Source: a candidate division FCPU426 bacterium (lineage in GTDB: Bacteria > Oederibacteriota > Muellerivitia > Muellerivitales > Muellerivitaceae). From it: DNA of 64,000 bases. This document shows, one piece after another, positions 25,601 to 35,266 of the stretch (the first letter of the stretch is position 1; each line of letters begins with the position of its first letter). The stretch lies in the NCBI GenBank assembly GCA_963771075.1, contig CAVYSE010000028.1:32001-96000 (forward strand), in the 5' to 3' direction. The position numbers and the translations under genes are program-made. The notes beneath the pieces were generated by a model. That model did not search any database. It saw only the letters and a program-made list of their open reading frames with translations, and was not told the DNA's origin.

Positions 25601-26428
25601 ATGACGAGCCAGTTAAAAGCCGCCGTGGAAGCCGCCCAAGCCGCCGGTTCCCTCCACCGCCGTTTCTACGGAAAAACCCTGAAGATCGAACTTAAAAAGG
25701 ACAATTCCTTGAACCTGGTCACCCAGGTGGACAAGGCCTGCGAGAAAAAAGTCCAAACCATCCTTCACGAGCGTTTCCCCGCTTTTAATTTTTGGGGTGA
25801 GGAAAGCGGGCAGGACGCGGGCGATTCGGAATATACCTGGATCGTGGATCCCCTCGACGGCACCACCAACTTCGCCCATGCTTATCCCTTCTTTTGCGTC
25901 TCGATCGCGTTGCTTCAAGGAAAAAAACTGGTCCTCGGGGTTATCTATGACGCCATGAATCACGAATGCTTCACGGCGGAAAAGGGCAAGGGCTCATTCC
26001 TTAACGGGAAACGCATTTATGTCTCAACCGTTTCCAAGCTTTCGAAAAGTTTCTTGAGCACGGGCTTCGCCTACGGGGTTAAGGAAACCCTTTATAACTT
26101 TGAGAACTTCAAGAATTTCGTCTTGAACAGCCAGGGTGTCCGACGGGACGGCTCAGCGGCCATGAATTTGGCCTATGTCGCGGCGGGACGCTTTGACGGC
26201 TTCTGGGAAAGGGGCATCCAGGCATGGGACATGGCAGCGGGGATTCTTTTGATACGGGAGGCAGGCGGCAAGGTGACGGACATTTCGGGTCAGCCCTTTG
26301 ACCTCATGGCGCAAAACGCCCTGGCCAGCAACAGCAGGATCCACCGGCAGATGCACAGGATATTGTGGGCGGGGCCGGATGAGAAAAATTGGGTTTTACA
26401 AAACTCCAAAAAAGGTTCCCTGGGTTGA
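25601..26428 (+). CDS. suhB: Inositol monophosphatase family (SuhB-like)
   Basis: 'WIVDPLDGTTNFAH', 'RRDGSAA', 'WDMAAG'. Confidence 0.88.
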   Translation: MTSQLKAAVEAAQAAGSLHRRFYGKTLKIELKKDNSLNLVTQVDKACEKKVQTILHERFPAFNFWGEESGQDAGDSEYTWIVDPLDGTTNFAHAYPFFCVSIALLQGKKLVLGVIYDAMNHECFTAEKGKGSFLNGKRIYVSTVSKLSKSFLSTGFAYGVKETLYNFENFKNFVLNSQGVRRDGSAAMNLAYVAAGRFDGFWERGIQAWDMAAGILLIREAGGKVTDISGQPFDLMAQNALASNSRIHRQMHRILWAGPDEKNWVLQNSKKGSLG

Positions 26429-26482
26429 ACTCCCATCGTTTCACCCAGGCCAACCTCGGTTTCAAGGTCTTCCCCATTGATA

Positions 26483-27253
26483 TCAATATAAATTAACGGG
26501 CGCTCCCATCTTCACGCCCAGCTTTTGGGCGGCGTTGCCGCCGTTCATGGCTATTTCCAAATGGCCCGATGACCCAATCAGGGCGGCCACCGTTCCCTTC
26601 TTGACCTGCGAATAATGGGTGATGAAATTCAAAACCACCGTCTTGCCCACGCGCAAGCGGAAGGGTTTAGGCAGGTGCTGACTCTCAAGGTTTGAGATCA
26701 AATTCCCGAAGCGGTCGATCCACAAAACCTCGCCCGTCCACCCCTTGGCTGTTTTGTAAGGTTTGGGAATTTCCCCCCAAACCCAATTGTTGGTTTTCTT
26801 GCCCAATTTGAATAGGGGAACCCCCTTCGCGAGATAGGCGGCGGCAGGCGCGAAGACATCCCGTCCGTGGAAAGTGGAGCTAGCTTTAGGTAGTTGGTAC
26901 TTTTTCTCCGTTAACTCGACGACCTGCTCGATGCCCCATTCTTTCAAGGCCGCCGGGATCAGCCCATTATCCGGTCCCACGAAATACCGGCCTTTTGACT
27001 TAAAGGCAACCGTCTTTCGACGGCTCCCTACCCCCGGGTCCACGACGCCCAAGTGAATAGCGCCCTTGGGGAAATATTCGATCACGGATTGAAGCAGGAA
27101 AGAAGCGGTCAGGACAGCCTGGGGTGGAACCTCATGGGTTAAGTCAATCAATTGGGCATTGGGACAAATATTGAGGATGACCCCTTTCATCGTGCCGACA
27201 TAGGGGTCACTCATACCGAAATCTGTTAAGAGAGTAATAATCGGATTGTTCAT
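26483..27253 (-). CDS. SAM hydrolase / SAM-dependent halogenase family (DUF62)
   Basis: 'ITLLTDFG', 'VVDPGVGS', 'GPDNG', 'STFHGRDVFAP', 'IDRFGN'. Confidence 0.93.
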   Translation of the reverse strand: MNNPIITLLTDFGMSDPYVGTMKGVILNICPNAQLIDLTHEVPPQAVLTASFLLQSVIEYFPKGAIHLGVVDPGVGSRRKTVAFKSKGRYFVGPDNGLIPAALKEWGIEQVVELTEKKYQLPKASSTFHGRDVFAPAAAYLAKGVPLFKLGKKTNNWVWGEIPKPYKTAKGWTGEVLWIDRFGNLISNLESQHLPKPFRLRVGKTVVLNFITHYSQVKKGTVAALIGSSGHLEIAMNGGNAAQKLGVKMGAPVNLY

Positions 27254-27275
27254 AAAAATCCCTAGATGGCGGTCC

Positions 27276-27381
27276 ACAGCTCGCAGTCCGCGGGGAAGCC
27301 GTGAAAGTCTAGCCGCGGGCCGCGAACTGCCAACTGCGGTCTGCTTTTTCTACCAACTGAGGACTGCCGACTGTCTACTGC
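27276..27381. repeat. Heptamer tandem/inverted repeat tract
   Basis: ACTGAGG-ACTGCCG-ACTGTCT-ACTG and ACTGCCA-ACTGCGG facing CAGCTCG-CAGTCCG. Confidence 0.5.
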
Positions 27382-27385
27382 TTCT

Positions 27386-27844
27386 TCATTTCCCCGCGTT
27401 GCGCATGCGGATCTTTTCCGCCAGGAGGTAGCGGTCCAGTTTCGCGACGTCCTGTTTATTGATGGCGAGGATCTTCAACCCCGCCCGGAAGGTGGACCCG
27501 GCCGCCCCGGCGGATTCCATCCCCGCCCGGACCACCTCGGCCAGGAGGTTCAGGGGAATGGGCTGGCCAGGCAGGTAAAGCTGGATCTGCAGGGCACAGT
27601 CCTGCGGGAAAGTCTCCTGCCCCACCAGGGACATGCCCCCCATGGAAATATCCCGCGTGACGGCGTGCAGGGTCGCGCTTCTTTTGGATAACTCGGGCAG
27701 GTGGTCGGCGGTGGATTCCCGGTAAGCGGGGTCGGCCAGGGAGGTCACCAGGACTTCCTTTTCGATGACCATATAGGTCACCTTCACGGTGGCGTCCACG
27801 CGTTCGGATTGGCGTTTTTCCATCCATCCCGACTTCATGTTCAT
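27386..27844 (-). CDS. PilZ-domain protein
   Basis: 'KRQSER' (RxxxR) and 'DISMGG' (DxSxxG) c-di-GMP-binding motifs. Confidence 0.85.
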   Translation of the reverse strand: MNMKSGWMEKRQSERVDATVKVTYMVIEKEVLVTSLADPAYRESTADHLPELSKRSATLHAVTRDISMGGMSLVGQETFPQDCALQIQLYLPGQPIPLNLLAEVVRAGMESAGAAGSTFRAGLKILAINKQDVAKLDRYLLAEKIRMRNAGK

Positions 27845-27853
27845 TTCATCCCT

Positions 27854-28054
27854 TTACTTCTTCCAATGGATGCAAGACACCGGACAGCCATCCATGGCTT
27901 CCTGGATCGCCGTTTTGGAGTCGCCCTGGGGCTCAAAAACCTCGGCGACCCCATCCACCGTCATGCGAAAAACCTTCGGCACCGCCGCCACACAGGATTC
28001 ACAGCCCGTGCACTCCTTGGCATCCACAAAGGAAAGAGGGTTATTGTTTTTCAC
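27854..28054 (-). CDS. Single-cluster [4Fe-4S]/[3Fe-4S] ferredoxin
   Basis: 'CTGCESC' ... 'CPVSCI'. Confidence 0.9.
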   Translation of the reverse strand: MKNNNPLSFVDAKECTGCESCVAAVPKVFRMTVDGVAEVFEPQGDSKTAIQEAMDGCPVSCIHWKK

Positions 28055-28069
28055 GCCGGTCCCCTTCCC

Positions 28070-29032
28070 CTAAAACTGGCCGCAGAAACTGGTGCTGAAG
28101 GAAAGATCACTGCCGTTCGATTCTCCCACGATGGACCAATGAAAGCCCTCCCCAAAATCCAGGCCCAGCACGTACTTGGGTTCGAAGAGAACGGGTGTTC
28201 CATTGGAGGTGACGTTCGCGTTGATCGCGCCGGGGTTTCCCGCCACTGTCGTGGTCAGCTGGCCGGTGATGTTGGAAACCACGGTCCCCGAATTACGCTG
28301 GAACCCCACTGCCGCGAAGGGATAGATCACCATCAGGTCCTTACCCACCAAAAGCTTGGCGCCGAAGCTGTGCACGTTCCAATTAAGGGCGTAATTGGTG
28401 GTGCCCGACACGGAGGCGCTGCTGCCGTAGTAGGTGGTGTTCTGGTTCACATCGGTGCCGAAACCCAAATTTCCCTGGAGCTCATCGAAGCTCACGCCCA
28501 CAGTCACCGTGGGGAGGGTGCGCCCCTCCATGATTTTGTAACGGAAATCGGCTCCCACACCCGTATAGTTGGCCGCGAAACCAAGGCTGGAGAGGGTGAT
28601 CTGGGGCAAGTAGAGCACCTTCAAGCCGACATCCAAACCATTGGCGAGGCCCACCCGAAGGGTACCCACCGGGTAGGGGGCGGGCAACTGGGATGGAATG
28701 CTCACATTGGCGGTGCCCTGCAGGGCCTGTAAATTCAGGTTATTAAGACTGGTGACTTGGATAAGGTCCACTCCACCTCCAATACCGAACTCGAAATGGG
28801 GGCCGGAAATTAAATCAAAGACCGTGGGGGGATTGTCCCATCCGAGCGTGCTATAAAATCCCATGCTTTTGGTGAACTGGCTGTTGAGGTAATCCGAGAT
28901 GGACTGCATATCCGCCAGCCCTGAAGTGTCGAACTGGGCGACGGTTTGGCCCCTTAAAAGGCCTGGAACGGTCAGAAAAAGTAGGGCCGCGGCAGTTTTA
29001 AGGCTTTTAAGGGACATGGGCTTTCTTTTCAC
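28070..29032 (-). CDS. Predicted outer-membrane beta-barrel protein (DUF6588-like)
   Basis: Signal peptide; 'LRVGLANGLDVGLKVLYLP', 'GVGADFRY'; terminal Phe. Confidence 0.55.
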   Translation of the reverse strand: MKRKPMSLKSLKTAAALLFLTVPGLLRGQTVAQFDTSGLADMQSISDYLNSQFTKSMGFYSTLGWDNPPTVFDLISGPHFEFGIGGGVDLIQVTSLNNLNLQALQGTANVSIPSQLPAPYPVGTLRVGLANGLDVGLKVLYLPQITLSSLGFAANYTGVGADFRYKIMEGRTLPTVTVGVSFDELQGNLGFGTDVNQNTTYYGSSASVSGTTNYALNWNVHSFGAKLLVGKDLMVIYPFAAVGFQRNSGTVVSNITGQLTTTVAGNPGAINANVTSNGTPVLFEPKYVLGLDFGEGFHWSIVGESNGSDLSFSTSFCGQF

Positions 29033-29123
29033 GATAAAAATGAACGCGGGATTAGTTTAAAGGATACCCCACCTTCATTAAAAGCGGGTAATTTAAGCCT
29101 TCGGACCCTCAAGGGAGATTCAC

Positions 29124-29843
29124 ATGCGATGGGTGGAAAAACGGTTAGTGGAAGGCCGCTTCCTGGAAAGGCTCCATCGATTCGGAGCCCGGGTTCGGGT
29201 AAAGGGCAAGGTTGAATACTGCCACGTCCCCAACTCGGGGCGGTTGCGGGAATTGCTCCATCCAGGCGCCAGGGTCGCCATGGTCGACCATGGCCCCCTG
29301 GGCACCCACGAACGAAAAACCAGGTATGCCATCCGGCTTAGTTTTTACCGTGGAAAATGGGTTTGCGTTGAGGCCAATATCGCGCCCCTCTTATTAAAGG
29401 AAGCGTGGAAGAAGGGAAAAATACCTGAGTTGAGGCATTATGACGGGTTACAAGCCGAGGTGCCCCTGAATGCCCACACCCGTTTTGATTTCAAGGCTAC
29501 CAAGCGGAACACCCGGGAAAAGGCCTGGGTGGAGGTGAAATGTGTGACGCTGGTGGATGAAGAGGGGTGCGCCCGTTTTCCGGACGCCCCTTCGTTTCGG
29601 GCTTCCAAACACCTCAGGGAACTGATGGGCCTGGCCCAAAAACCTAAAACGAAAGCTTTGGTATTCTTCGTGGCGCAAAATCCTCTGGCGAAAGGGGTAG
29701 GCCCCAAGGAGGATACGGACCCGCTTTTCGCGAAAACCCTGCGTCAAGCTTCCAAGAAAGGCGTGCGTTTGAGCGCTTATTTAGCCCAAATCAATCTTCA
29801 AGGGGCTTCCATCGTCCGGCCGTTAAAGGTGAGATTGGATTAA
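29124..29843 (+). CDS. sfsA: DNA/RNA nuclease SfsA
   Basis: 'HVPNSGRL', 'RFDF', 'VEVKCVTL', 'FPDAPSFRASKHLREL'. Confidence 0.93.
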   Translation: MRWVEKRLVEGRFLERLHRFGARVRVKGKVEYCHVPNSGRLRELLHPGARVAMVDHGPLGTHERKTRYAIRLSFYRGKWVCVEANIAPLLLKEAWKKGKIPELRHYDGLQAEVPLNAHTRFDFKATKRNTREKAWVEVKCVTLVDEEGCARFPDAPSFRASKHLRELMGLAQKPKTKALVFFVAQNPLAKGVGPKEDTDPLFAKTLRQASKKGVRLSAYLAQINLQGASIVRPLKVRLD

Positions 29844-29930
29844 TCGACCGCGGGTAAACCGAATGGATGGATCCACCAAGCAGTCAAGCTTCAAGATTAT
29901 TTAAAGTACACCCAGGAAGAGACCCTCTAT

Positions 29931-32144
29931 TCAATGGGGCGCCGGGCCAAAGTCCAGTTGTTCCTGGTTTCCCTTTTCCTTTTCCAATTTCTCAATGACC
30001 GAATTCAGGGATTGGTTCACCACCTCGCGAAATTCCTTATCCGATTCCTTGGCCAGTTTGGTCAGGAACTTGCGAACATACTGGGACCGGAATTGTCCCA
30101 GGGCCCGTACCGCCGCCACTCGGACGGCCAGGGGCCTTTCGTTTTTTTTCTCCAGGAATTTATAGCCTTCCGCCCATTCCACCAGGATATTGATGGCATA
30201 GGCCTCGCCCAAGGTGCCCATGACCCGGCAGGCTTCGACCCAAAAATCCTCGCGGCGTGGATGGTCCAATCCATAGGCCTTCAAGGCCTCCACGATCAAC
30301 AGCGAATCCCCTTCCCCGCCGATCTTGTCCAGTATTTTCAGGGCCGGGATGGAGAGGTCCTTGTCCAAGGCGCCCATCAGCTCGATGACGCGCGGGTGGA
30401 AAGCGGTCCAACTCCAGCGTTCCACGATCTCCAGTACCTGTAGCCTTTGGTCCAGGGTCAGGCTTCCCCAGTTTTTGGCGAATTGATCGTACAGGGCGGA
30501 GGAGGGGGGCATTTTCTTGAACAACTCGAGGAACAATCTCATCCGGTCGGTGGGAGCCCCGGCGGAGAACCATTTTTCCAGTACGGGTACCTGGAGCGTC
30601 TCGAACCGGTCCAGCCAATGAAAAGCCCTTCGGGCGGCCGGTGAATCGAAGGCGTTGTCCATGGCCCTTTGGAGGAAATAGGCTCCGGTCAAATGGTCCA
30701 GCAGGATGAAAAGCCTTTCCCGGGTATCGGTTTCATGGCCTGGCGCCACATAAAGACCGTCGAGATGCTCCAGGGCGCTTCGATTGAAAACCGAATCAAG
30801 GATGGTCCTGGCCTGGACGGCCTGGTTTGGAAATTCCTGTTCAGTGCGAAAGGCGATGGCCTTCAGGGCCGAGGCCCCCAGGATCATTTCAGGCCAGTCA
30901 GGATCGGAAAGCTCATGGGTCACCCAGTTTTGGTAAAGGGCCATGACCAGGGGGAATGACTCGGGCGTCTGTCCGGTCGCGAAAAGCTCCCGTAATTTTT
31001 GGAGCCCATCCTTTTGAAGGGGACGGGGTATTTTGGTCCAATCCAGCCTCTGCAGGTGGCGGAGGGCCACGTTCCTCGCCTCTCCCGGCTCCCCTAGGGC
31101 GGAATGCCACAGACCCGTCCAAAGTTTCTCAAACCGCTCCCGCTCATTCGGTTCTTGGAGCCTCGAAAGGCGCTGGACCACCGCGCCCTCGTTGGAGGCG
31201 GTGACCATTTTAGGAAAAACATTCTCATCCAGGGCGCTCAGGACCAGGTCGGTCTCAAACAGGGTAAAGCGTTCCCCAGTCGGGTCCTGGGAATCGGTTT
31301 CGTCCCCCAAGCCCCCCCCCGCGAATCCCTGGCTTTCCCCCAAAAGGACCAGCTTCGCGAGGAGCTCATCCATGTTCACCTTGAGGGAGGGCAGATCCAC
31401 CGGGTCCTTCAGTGATTCCAGGTTCTTTTTCAGGGAAAGGAAGGACCCCATCAGCTCTCCCCAGTGGCCCTGGGCCTCCGTTGAGGGTGCCGCCGCGGGC
31501 ATGCCCACCTCCTTCAGGTCGTCGGCGGTCAGGATACCGCCCATCTGGCTCATCATTTTTCGGGCCACTTCTTTCTTATTAGAAGAGGGATTGACCCGGG
31601 CGAAGATTTGAAGGAAATATTGCAGGGCCTCCAAAGCTTCCTGGAAATTTTCCTCCTTTTCGAGGACCTCCAAGCCTTCCCCGGCGGCCACGACCTTTTC
31701 CCCCTCCCTGACCGCCACGAACATCTTTTCGTTGACCTTGATGTTCACGATGCCGCCGGACTCCAAGGCCTGAAAAAGGGTCCGGTCCGGGGGAAGTGCC
31801 CTGGGCTTCAAGAGGGCCATGAATTTTTCCATTTCGGGAGCTTGCACTCCGGGCTGAAAGGTCATGCTGTGGATCTTGTGGGTGAGAAAGAGGTCCTTGA
31901 TCATGTTGGTGGAACCGGTCGCCCTCTCGTCCAGGGCGGTTCCCTCCACCACCAGCCTGCCCTCCGATTCCCCCAGGGAAACGGCCGGCAGGGACTGGAA
32001 CATGTCCCCCAGGACTGCCAGGAACCTTTCGATGGACTGCTTCACCATGGCGTTATCGGGGGAATAAAGGAAAAAATTGGAAATCGCGATGCGCATTTCC
32101 CGAACCAGGACGGCGGCGACCTTGGCTTGTTCGACTGGAAGCAT
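29931..32144 (-). CDS. HEAT-repeat protein
   Basis: All-helical; C-terminal HEAT-like repeats 'VRVAAVRALGQF', 'ACRVMGTLG'; ATG 32144 with GAGG RBS (track start 32186). Confidence 0.7.
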   Translation of the reverse strand: MLPVEQAKVAAVLVREMRIAISNFFLYSPDNAMVKQSIERFLAVLGDMFQSLPAVSLGESEGRLVVEGTALDERATGSTNMIKDLFLTHKIHSMTFQPGVQAPEMEKFMALLKPRALPPDRTLFQALESGGIVNIKVNEKMFVAVREGEKVVAAGEGLEVLEKEENFQEALEALQYFLQIFARVNPSSNKKEVARKMMSQMGGILTADDLKEVGMPAAAPSTEAQGHWGELMGSFLSLKKNLESLKDPVDLPSLKVNMDELLAKLVLLGESQGFAGGGLGDETDSQDPTGERFTLFETDLVLSALDENVFPKMVTASNEGAVVQRLSRLQEPNERERFEKLWTGLWHSALGEPGEARNVALRHLQRLDWTKIPRPLQKDGLQKLRELFATGQTPESFPLVMALYQNWVTHELSDPDWPEMILGASALKAIAFRTEQEFPNQAVQARTILDSVFNRSALEHLDGLYVAPGHETDTRERLFILLDHLTGAYFLQRAMDNAFDSPAARRAFHWLDRFETLQVPVLEKWFSAGAPTDRMRLFLELFKKMPPSSALYDQFAKNWGSLTLDQRLQVLEIVERWSWTAFHPRVIELMGALDKDLSIPALKILDKIGGEGDSLLIVEALKAYGLDHPRREDFWVEACRVMGTLGEAYAINILVEWAEGYKFLEKKNERPLAVRVAAVRALGQFRSQYVRKFLTKLAKESDKEFREVVNQSLNSVIEKLEKEKGNQEQLDFGPAPH

Positions 32145-32511
32145 CCGCGGCCTTCTTTCAGGAAGGAATCTTCGGCAACCCATCAAGTTTCATTTTTATC
32201 ACTTCTAACCGCTAGTATAAAAAGCGTTGAGCCCGTCCATAAAGACAATTCATGTGGATACCATGGGTGTTCCTAGAATCGTTAAACGGATGGACTTTGA
32301 CCCCTACCCGCGCGTTCAAGCGTCAAGGGACGACCCTTCAGGTCACCCCTCGGCCGGGGAAACCCCGGCCAAGTACACGCCCAGTTTCCATTTAAATAAT
32401 TTTAACTTTAAGAACTAGGCGGCTTGTCCCCGGCTAAAGCCGGGGCCTGAAAACAGCCGGTTAAAATTTTCTTCCCACGAAGACAGGGCGGCTCAATAGT
32501 GTTTAAAATCA

Positions 32512-32727
32512 CATGCTTATCCGAACAGCGCCCGTTGGTTAATGGACTTTTGTATTCATCCGCAAGCCATACACTGTTCTCCCACTCTGAAAGAGGGGGA
32601 AAAAGGGGGAGTTAGCTTTTCCGCCAATTCCACCGTAACGGCTAACACCCCCCTTCCCCCCTTTTTCAAAGGGGGATATTGAAAAGCCGTTTTCGCGAAA
32701 CTAGCGGGCGCTGTTCGGATAAGCATG
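32512..32727. mobile_element. 216-bp MITE with 23-bp perfect TIRs and 8-bp target-site duplication
   Basis: CATGCTTATCCGAACAGCGCCCG ... CGGGCGCTGTTCGGATAAGCATG flanked by TAAAATCA (32504-32511 and 32728-32735). Confidence 0.9.
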
Positions 32728-32760
32728 TAAAATCATGATCGTGTTCGCACAGGAGGGGAA

Positions 32761-33189
32761 ATGGGATCACCGTGGGGTTTGGTCTACTTAACCGCTTTTT
32801 TCTTCGGCCTCTATAATATATTCACCCGCGCGGCGGGGCCCAAGATCGGTGGCCTTTTGGGGCCCCTTCTCCTGGAAGGGTTCGCGGCCCTGGTCATCCT
32901 GGCCTTTTTTCTTTGGAGAAAATACCAAGGCGCGGTCGAAACAGTGACCACGATGGGGGTGGTCTATTCCCTCGCCGCGGGCCTGAGCGCGGCGGCGGGG
33001 TCGATCGTGTTTTTCCTCGTCTTCTCCCGGGGCGGACAACTCTCCTTGGCAGGCTCCTCCATCCTCGTCGGCAGCGCCCTCTTGACCGTGGCGGGCGGTT
33101 TTTTATTTTTCCGGGAACCCCTGACCCTCACCCGTTTTATTGGAATCGCGTTCGGCTTGATAAGCCTTTATTTGCTGCGGCTGGAATAA
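32761..33189 (+). CDS. EamA/DMT-family small transporter
   Basis: Five hydrophobic segments; 'FFREPLTLTRFIGIAFG'; GGAGGGG RBS. Confidence 0.8.
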   Translation: MGSPWGLVYLTAFFFGLYNIFTRAAGPKIGGLLGPLLLEGFAALVILAFFLWRKYQGAVETVTTMGVVYSLAAGLSAAAGSIVFFLVFSRGGQLSLAGSSILVGSALLTVAGGFLFFREPLTLTRFIGIAFGLISLYLLRLE

Positions 33190-33214
33190 AAAAAGGCGGC
33201 CCGAAGGCCGCCTT
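33188..33214. terminator. Terminator between convergent genes
   Basis: A-tract then GGCGGCC-CGAA-GGCCGCC. Confidence 0.75.
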
Positions 33215-33239
33215 CCATTCTAAAAAAAAGGAAAGCCCG

Positions 33240-33569
33240 TTAATTCATTTTCATGTCCTTCGCGGGAGCAGGCGCGGCGGTGTTATCCACCGGAACTTCC
33301 TTCTTCACCAGGTCCATCTGGCAGTTGGGACACTTGCCGGGCTTATCGCCGGTATAATCGCCCATGGGGCAAACCCAGACCGTCTTCATGGCCTTCTTTT
33401 TCATTTTCTTCTTGGCCTTCCTGCCGGGAGTCGCCACCGGCATCGCGGCTGCGGGCGTGGGAGCAGTCATGGACGTGTCTTTGTTTGCCGTCACGGCCTC
33501 ATCCGCCCAAGCCGACCCGATCGACAGGATGAAAAGCCCCGCCATTACCCCATTCTTTAGCTTTATCAT
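33240..33569 (-). CDS. Secreted heavy-metal-binding-domain protein
   Basis: Signal peptide; 'WVCPMGD...KPGKCPNCQMDLV' (HMBD-like, His replaced by Gly). Confidence 0.75.
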   Translation of the reverse strand: MIKLKNGVMAGLFILSIGSAWADEAVTANKDTSMTAPTPAAAMPVATPGRKAKKKMKKKAMKTVWVCPMGDYTGDKPGKCPNCQMDLVKKEVPVDNTAAPAPAKDMKMN

Positions 33570-33729
33570 TTCTCGATTCCTCGTTTCCCTTTGGTTTTCA
33601 TCCCTTACGCAGGAATGAAGATTGACCTGATCGAATCTATATAAGATTGAACGACCTGAATAGTTACCCTTTTTTTAACCGATAGCGCGGCTTCTTTTCC
33701 AGCCCCCCCGATCATTAAAAGGAAAACCC

Positions 33730-34605
33730 CTATTTCTCATTTTCCAAAGCCCGGCGGATGGCTTCCCATTCCTTTTTTCGATCCTCATCCGGCTTGGGAT
33801 ATTCCATCTTAAGATCCTTCAGGCAATGGAGGATCAGGTGGGAAATGACCAGCCGGGAGTTGTATTTATCATCCGCCGGGACGATATGCCAGGGCGCCCT
33901 TTCGGTAGTGGTTTCCGTGAGGCAATCCTCGTAGGCCGACCAGTACTGATCCCAATATTTCCTTTCCTGGATATCGCTCATGCTGAATTTCCAGTTTTTT
34001 TGCGGATCCTCCAACCTAGCCAAAAACCTTTTTCTTTGTTCCTCCTTGGAAAGATGAAGGAAAATCTTGAGGACACGGGTGCCGTTCTCGTGGAGATGCT
34101 TCTCGTATTCCACGATCGACCGGTACCTTCCCTTCCAAAGGCCCTCCTTCCCCAGGAATTCCTCGGGCAATCCCTCATGCCTTAATATCTCCGGGTGGAC
34201 ACGGGCGACGAGAACCTCCTCATAATAAGAGCGGTTGAAAATGCCGATCTTGCCCCTTTCGGGAAGGCTACGGGTAGTGCGCCAAAGGAAATCATGCTCC
34301 AGCTCCTCCGCGCTGGGTTGTTTGAAGCTGGAAACCTGGCATCCCTGGGGATTGATACCCGACATGACATGCTTGATGGCCCCGTCTTTACCCGCCGCGT
34401 CCATCGCCTGGAAAATGAGGAGCAGGGAATACCGGTTGTGGGCATAGAGCAAACCTTGCAAGGCCCGCATCTCGTCAATATCGTGGGCGAGGATCTCTTG
34501 GTAATCCCCCTTGGTTTCGTAAAAAGGGGGAACCCGGGTCGGCCATTTTTTCAGGCTGACCCCATCCCCCTCCTTCACCCGGAAATCCTTTGAATGCAGT
34601 TTCAT
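33730..34605 (-). CDS. ppk2: Polyphosphate kinase 2 family (class III-like)
   Basis: '[10 protein letters not shown]', '[16 protein letters not shown]', '[10 protein letters not shown]', 'VPADDK'. Confidence 0.93.
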   Translation of the reverse strand: MKLHSKDFRVKEGDGVSLKKWPTRVPPFYETKGDYQEILAHDIDEMRALQGLLYAHNRYSLLLIFQAMDAAGKDGAIKHVMSGINPQGCQVSSFKQPSAEELEHDFLWRTTRSLPERGKIGIFNRSYYEEVLVARVHPEILRHEGLPEEFLGKEGLWKGRYRSIVEYEKHLHENGTRVLKIFLHLSKEEQRKRFLARLEDPQKNWKFSMSDIQERKYWDQYWSAYEDCLTETTTERAPWHIVPADDKYNSRLVISHLILHCLKDLKMEYPKPDEDRKKEWEAIRRALENEK

Positions 34606-34659
34606 TGATCGACCTCATGATCCAGGGAACCCGTCCCGGCGGTATCCAACCCCGCTTCT

Positions 34660-35262
34660 CTAATCCTTGCCTCGGCCACGCGCGATGGCCCCGATGGCCA
34701 TCCCCATCAGGATGATGGACAGCCAAACCAAGAAACGTCCGTTGGTCCCGAGGGTTACCCCGAACTTTTGGCTGACGAACTGGCCCAACAGGTACCCCAG
34801 AAAGCCGCCAAGCGCGGAAAAGAAAAGAACACCGGCGAGCCGGACGAGGGTGAAATATTTTCGGCTGATGCCCAAAACCGGCTGTACAAGCGGGAAATAA
34901 ATGAGGGCGAACAATACCCCCAGAATCAACGCGTTACCCGTCAGGCTTTTGAGGAAGGGGCTTCCCCAATAATAAAAACCACAGGTCAGCCACAGGTAAC
35001 AGGATATTCCCAACCCCCAACTTAGTACAAAGCTCAAGGGCCAAAGGACGAGTCCCAAGCAACCACCGGCCGCCTTCCAACGGTAAACATAAAAGAGGGG
35101 ATAAGCGACCGTGAATAACAGGGCGTTATAGCGAAAGTTAAGGTTCCATAGGGGCTGGGCAATGGGATGGGACTGGATATAAAGGTAACCCGCCAAGGCG
35201 AACCCCTCAAATATGAGAAGCCGGACAAGGGACCTTTCTTGCTTCTTCTCCGGGTCACCCAT
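34660..35262 (-). CDS. Hypothetical multi-pass membrane protein (paralog of next gene)
   Basis: About 6 TM segments; colinear similarity to 35267-35929. Confidence 0.7.
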   Translation of the reverse strand: MGDPEKKQERSLVRLLIFEGFALAGYLYIQSHPIAQPLWNLNFRYNALLFTVAYPLFYVYRWKAAGGCLGLVLWPLSFVLSWGLGISCYLWLTCGFYYWGSPFLKSLTGNALILGVLFALIYFPLVQPVLGISRKYFTLVRLAGVLFFSALGGFLGYLLGQFVSQKFGVTLGTNGRFLVWLSIILMGMAIGAIARGRGKD

Positions 35263-35266
35263 GCGA

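Noticed and set aside
26483..27253. Fluorinase/chlorinase
   Set aside because: It carries the DUF62 hydrolase-type 'TFHGRD' motif and has no biosynthetic context.
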